A DNA stretch of 64,000 nt from Candidatus Omnitrophota bacterium (GTDB taxonomy: Bacteria; Omnitrophota; Gorgyraeia; Gorgyraeales; Gorgyraeaceae), in contig JBDRCN010000001.1 of the NCBI GenBank assembly GCA_043821705.1, positions 8,851 through 72,850 of the forward strand, given 5' to 3'. Shown piece after piece: positions 59,169 through 64,000 of the stretch. The translations under genes and the position numbers were made by a program. Position 1 is the stretch's first letter; each line of letters starts with the position of its first letter. Below the pieces are notes generated by a model. It saw only the letters and a program-made list of their open reading frames with translations, made no database searches and was not told where the DNA came from.

Positions 59169-62100
59169 AAAGGACACATTTTCCAGAAAAACAGGGGCTA
59201 TATGATCCGCAGTTCGAGAAGGATGCTTGCGGCGTAGGGTTTGTCTGCAGTATTAAAGGGGAAAAGTCCAACTCTATTGTAAAACAAGGCATAGAGGTCC
59301 TGAATCGTCTTTCTCATCGAGGCGCAGTAGGATCTGATCCAAAGACAGGGGACGGCGCTGGGATCCTTATACAAACTCCGCATGAATTTTTTGTTAAGAT
59401 AGCTAAAAGAGCTAATATCGATCTGCCAGGACCAGGCTCTTATGGTACTGGACTTATATTTTTACCTCAAGACCCTCAAGACAGAAAGTCATGTAAAGGC
59501 ATATTTGAAGATACAATAAAAGAACATGGCCAAGTCCTTTTAGGCTGGAGGGATGTGCCAGTAGATGAAACTAACATTGGGAAGACTGCAAAAGACAGCA
59601 AACCCATATTCCAGCAGATATTTATAGGTAGAAGCAAGGATGTGAACGATGTCTTGGCTTTTGAAAGAAAGCTTTATGTCATAAGAAAACATGTCGAAAG
59701 CAGTATCAGCTTGTCTGGTTTAAAGGAGAAAAGATCATTTTATATAACTAATATATCTTGCTGTACATTTTCTTATAAGGGGCTTCTGATGCCAAGCCAG
59801 CTTGAGGAATTTTTTCTTGACCTTAAAGATGATTCGCTCAAAAGTGCCTTGTGTCTAGTACATTCGCGTTATAGTACTAATACATTTCCTACTTGGGACC
59901 TCTCACAGCCGTTTAGATTTTTAGCCCACAATGGAGAGATCAATACCATCAGAGGTAATGTAAATTGGGTAAGCGCTAGGGAAAGGCTTTTAGCAAGCGG
60001 ACTATTCGATCTAGACATAGAAAAGCTTAAACCTATTATTGTTGAAGGTGGAAGTGATTCAGCGCAAATAGATAATTTTTTTGAACTTTTAGTCCTGTCA
60101 GGTAGATCTCTTGGCCATGCTATGATGATGCTTATACCAGAGGCATGGGAAGGCAATAGTTCTATCAAGAAAGAGCTTAAGGAGTTTTATAGATATCATG
60201 CATGTTTTATGGAGCCGTGGGATGGGCCTGCTGCAATAGCATTTACTGACGGCCGATCTATAGGGGCAGTTCTGGACAGGAATGGGCTTCGTCCTGCGCG
60301 CTATATTGTGACTAACAATGATTTTGTTGTAATGGCATCTGAAGTAGGGGGTGCTGGATATACCAGCGAAAGATATAAAGCTTTCAGGAAGACTTGAACC
60401 AGGGAAGATCTTCTTTATTGATACTGAGGCTGGCAAGATCATACATGATTCCGAGATCAAAGAAGGACTTTCAGCGCGCTCCCCATATGAAGAATGGAAT
60501 AAAAATAACATAGTATATCTTGATAAGATGGTCAGTAGCCGGAGAGGAGGTCAAAAATTAGATGACCTCATCTCTAATCTTAAAGCATTTGGCTATTCTC
60601 GCGAAGACCTGAAGATCATCCTAAAACCTATGGCTGAGGAAGGGAAAGAACCTGTTGGTTCTATGGGCAATGATACTCCTCACGCATTTTTATCTAACAA
60701 ATCACAGCTTATATATAATTATTTCAGACAACTCTTTGCCCAAGTCACTAATCCAGCTATAGACCCTATAAGGGAAAAACTTGTGATGAGCCTTGATAGT
60801 TTTATAGGGCCTGAACAGAATATCCTGGAAGAAACGCCGCTACATAGCCATAAGATCATGGTAAAAAACCCGATCCTCACAAACGATGAACTTGAGAAGC
60901 TGCAGGATATAAGTATGAATGGTTTTAAGGCAAAGACCATATATACATTTTTTGATAAAAATACAGGAAAAGAAGGTTTTGTAAAAGCGCTTGAAAGGAT
61001 ATGTTTTGAAGCAGAATATGCTATTGAGAAAGGATATTCCTTTATTATATTGAGCGACAGAGGAGCTGATAAAGATAATATCGCGCTTCCCTCGCTTTTA
61101 GCTACAAGCGCTGTGCATCAACATCTTGTCAGGAAAACTATACGTTCCCAGGTAGCTTTGATAGTTGAAAGCGCAGAACCAAGAGAGGTCCATCATTTTG
61201 CACTTCTCTTTGCTTATGGAGCAGGTTGTATCAATCCATATCTGGCATATGAAGCGATCGACTATCTTATCTCACAAAATGAGATCCATGTAGACATCAA
61301 AAGCGCTATAAAGAATTACAATAAGGCAATAAGGGACGGGATACTAAAGATACTCTCGAAGATGGGTATATGCACTCTCAGGAGTTATAAAGGCGCTCAG
61401 ATATTTGAAGCGCTAGGTTTAGATGACTCTGTGATAGAAAAATATTTTACTGGCACTGTCTCTAGGATAGGCGGGGTTGATATCGAGGGCATAGCAGAAG
61501 AGACTATAGATAGGCACAAAGAAGCATATCCTGCCAGGGATGTCGGGAATGACCACCTGACAAGCGGAGGGGTCTATCAATATAAAAAAGACGGAGAATT
61601 CCATCTATGGAATCCTGATACAATATCGAGCCTGCAGGATGCCACAAGAAATAATGACTATGAAAAATATAAAAAGTTCGCAGGTTTTATAAATGACCAG
61701 TCAGGAAATCCTACGACACTAAGAAGCCTTTTTAAGTTTAAAAAAACACGATCTATCCCTATAGATAAGGTAGAGCCTATTGAAGACATCATGAAACGTT
61801 TTGCAACAGGTGCGATGAGCTTTGGTTCTATCTCAAGCTCAGCTCACGAGACTATTGCTATTGCGATGAATAGGATCGGAGGAAAATCTAATACAGGAGA
61901 AGGCGGTGAAGACCCGAACAGGTTTATAACATTACCAACTGGAGATTCAAGAAGGAGTGCTATAAAACAGGTCGCATCAGGCAGGTTCGGGGTCACTATA
62001 AATTATCTTACAAACGCAGATGAGATACAGATAAAGATCGCTCAAGGTGCTAAGCCAGGAGAAGGAGGACAGCTTCCAGGGCATAAGGTAAGCGAGGTGA

Positions 62101-63698
62101 TCGCGAGGACTAGATACACCACTCAAGGAGTGACTCTTATTTCACCTCCGCCACATCACGATATATATTCTATAGAAGATCTTGCGCAGCTTATCTTTGA
62201 TCTAAAGAACGCTAATCCTTACGCAAGGATCAGCGTCAAACTTGTTTCAGAAGTAGGGGTAGGCACTGTTGCAGCTGGTGTAGCAAAAGGCCATGCTGAT
62301 ATGATCCTTATCTCAGGTGGAGATGGCGGCACAGGTGCTTCTCCCAGGAGTTCTATAAGATACGCAGGCCTTCCCTGGGAGTTAGGCCTCTCTGAAACCC
62401 ATCAGATATTAGTATTAAATAATCTGCGCTCAAGGGTCAGACTACAGACTGATGGCCAGATGAGGACAGGAAAAGATGTTGCTATCGCAGCTATGCTTGG
62501 AGCAGAGGAATATGGTTTTTGTACAGCATGTTTGATAATAATGGGTTGTGTGATGCTCAGGCATTGCCATCTGAATAATTGTTCAGTAGGTGTTGCGACT
62601 CAGGACAGCATATTGCAGAAGAAATTCATGGGAAAACCAGAACATATTGTTAATTATTTTCATTTTATAGCAAAGGAAATACGCGAGATCTTGGCTTCTC
62701 TAGGAATTGAGAAGATGGACAATCTCATAGGTAGATGTGATCTTATAGAGGTGGATAAAAGCCTAGCTCCTAAAAAAGCAAAAAATATAGATTATTCAAG
62801 GATACTTTATAGTTTAAATGTCCCTAAGAACATTGGCAGGCGTTATGAGCCTAAGAAGGAAGAGCCTTTAAAACATGTTCTTGATAGAGAGCTTATAAAG
62901 AGATGCGAGCCTCTATTTAAAGAAAACAAACCAGTGAATATATCGCTGGGGATCAATAACACAAATAGAGCTACAGGTACTATGCTCAGTGGTGAAATAA
63001 ATAGAAGATGTGGGGACGGTGTGCTTCTAGAGGATACAGTTATCTGTAAATTCAAGGGTATTGCTGGCCAGAGTTTTGGCGCATGGCTTGCAAAAGGAGT
63101 TACATTCCATCTTGAAGGCATGGCAAATGATTATACAGGAAAAGGTATTTCAGGAGGAAAGATCATTATATACCCTGACAAGGACGCAAGATATAAAAGC
63201 GATGAGAATGTAATAATAGGTAATACTACTTTTTATGGAGCTATCCAAGGAGAAGCATATATCAGAGGGATAGCTGGGGAGAGGTTCTGCATACGCAATT
63301 CTGGGCTATATGCTGTCTGCGAAGGCGTAGGAGACCACGCTTGCGAATATATGACAGGTGGAAGGGTCGTCATATTAGGAAGGACAGGAAGGAATTTTGC
63401 AGCTGGTATGTCTGGCGGGATAGCATATGTATATGATGAAGATAATTCTTTTAAGGATAGATGCAATACTGATATGGTAGAACTAGAAAGCATAAAAGAA
63501 AAAGACAAAGATACGATATATCACCTTCTCCATAACCATTTTAAATATACAGGCAGTGAGAAGGCAAAAAATATCCTCGATGACCTGAATAAAGAACTGA
63601 AAAGATTCATAAGGGTCATCCCAATGGAATATAAGAGGATAGTAGAAGGTATCGAGGTAGAAGAGAAGCTAGACTTATTGGAGGAATCTGATGGGTGA
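59165..63698 (+). CDS. gltB: Glutamate synthase large subunit, split by one extra G at 60347-60351 (1510 aa if corrected)
   Basis: [23 protein letters not shown] in the first ORF; [28 protein letters not shown] in the second. Confidence 0.93.
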
Positions 63699-64000
63699 TC
63701 CAAAAGGTTTTTTAAAACTCTCCCGTAAAGAAGGAGACTATAGAGCAGTGTGTGAAAGGATCCAGGATTTCAAGGATGTCTCTAAGGTGCGCTCTCAGGC
63801 AGCATCGCAGGAGCAGGCATCGCGTTGCATGGATTGCGGGACACCATTTTGCCATTCTGCTTGTCCAATAGGGAACTATATACCAGAATGGAACGATCAT
63901 ATGTTCCATGGGCGCTGGAAAGACGCATTGCTTCTATTGGAGGCCACTAATAATCTGCCAGAAGTGACAGGAAGGGTATGTCCTGCGATCTGTGAATACG
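63691..64000 (+). CDS. gltD: Glutamate synthase small subunit (runs off the window)
   Basis: MGDPKGFLK...[26 protein letters not shown]...TNN-PE-TGRVCPA-CE. Confidence 0.93.
   Translation, partial: MGDPKGFLKLSRKEGDYRAVCERIQDFKDVSKVRSQAASQEQASRCMDCGTPFCHSACPIGNYIPEWNDHMFHGRWKDALLLLEATNNLPEVTGRVCPAICEY

Overview
Chromosomal origin region of a diderm bacterium. PVC group, probably Omnitrophota-like, is an inference from the LpxC-FabZ fusion, zinc-ribbon SpoVG, a chlamydial-MOMP-like porin and a TTYYPSP-motif secreted protein. Genes left of about 19.2 kb run on the minus strand (rarA, 6S RNA, pheT/pheS, ktrAB, rplT-rpmI-infC-thrS, three tRNAs, coaC/coaB, rpoZ-gmk, ndk, parAB, yidC-rnpA-rpmH). 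Genes right of it run on the plus strand (dnaA-oriC-dnaN-dciA-gyrB-gyrA, hisG, tkt, ispE-spoVG-glmU-prs-rplY-pth, rpsF-ssb-rpsR-rplI-dnaB, bamA-skp-lpx, then a nitrogen-assimilation cluster). Three things stand out. (1) An apparent nitrogen-control circuit: a GAF-ANTAR protein sits beside a glutamine synthetase that keeps the Gln-feedback Arg. Three ANTAR-type dual-hairpin/terminator leaders precede an alternative sigma factor, amtB-glnK and a second GS lacking that Arg. A 36-bp motif with identical spacing upstream of amtB and glnA2 looks like that sigma's promoter, giving a predicted feed-forward loop. (2) Several structured intergenic repeat families with compensatory base changes, including an A-then-B composite at four loci and tRNA-CCA-anchored elements. 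(3) A 464-aa LAGLIDADG intein in GyrA at a site other than the classic mycobacterial one. gltB carries a one-base frameshift in a G run. All calls are by eye from motifs; no searches were run.
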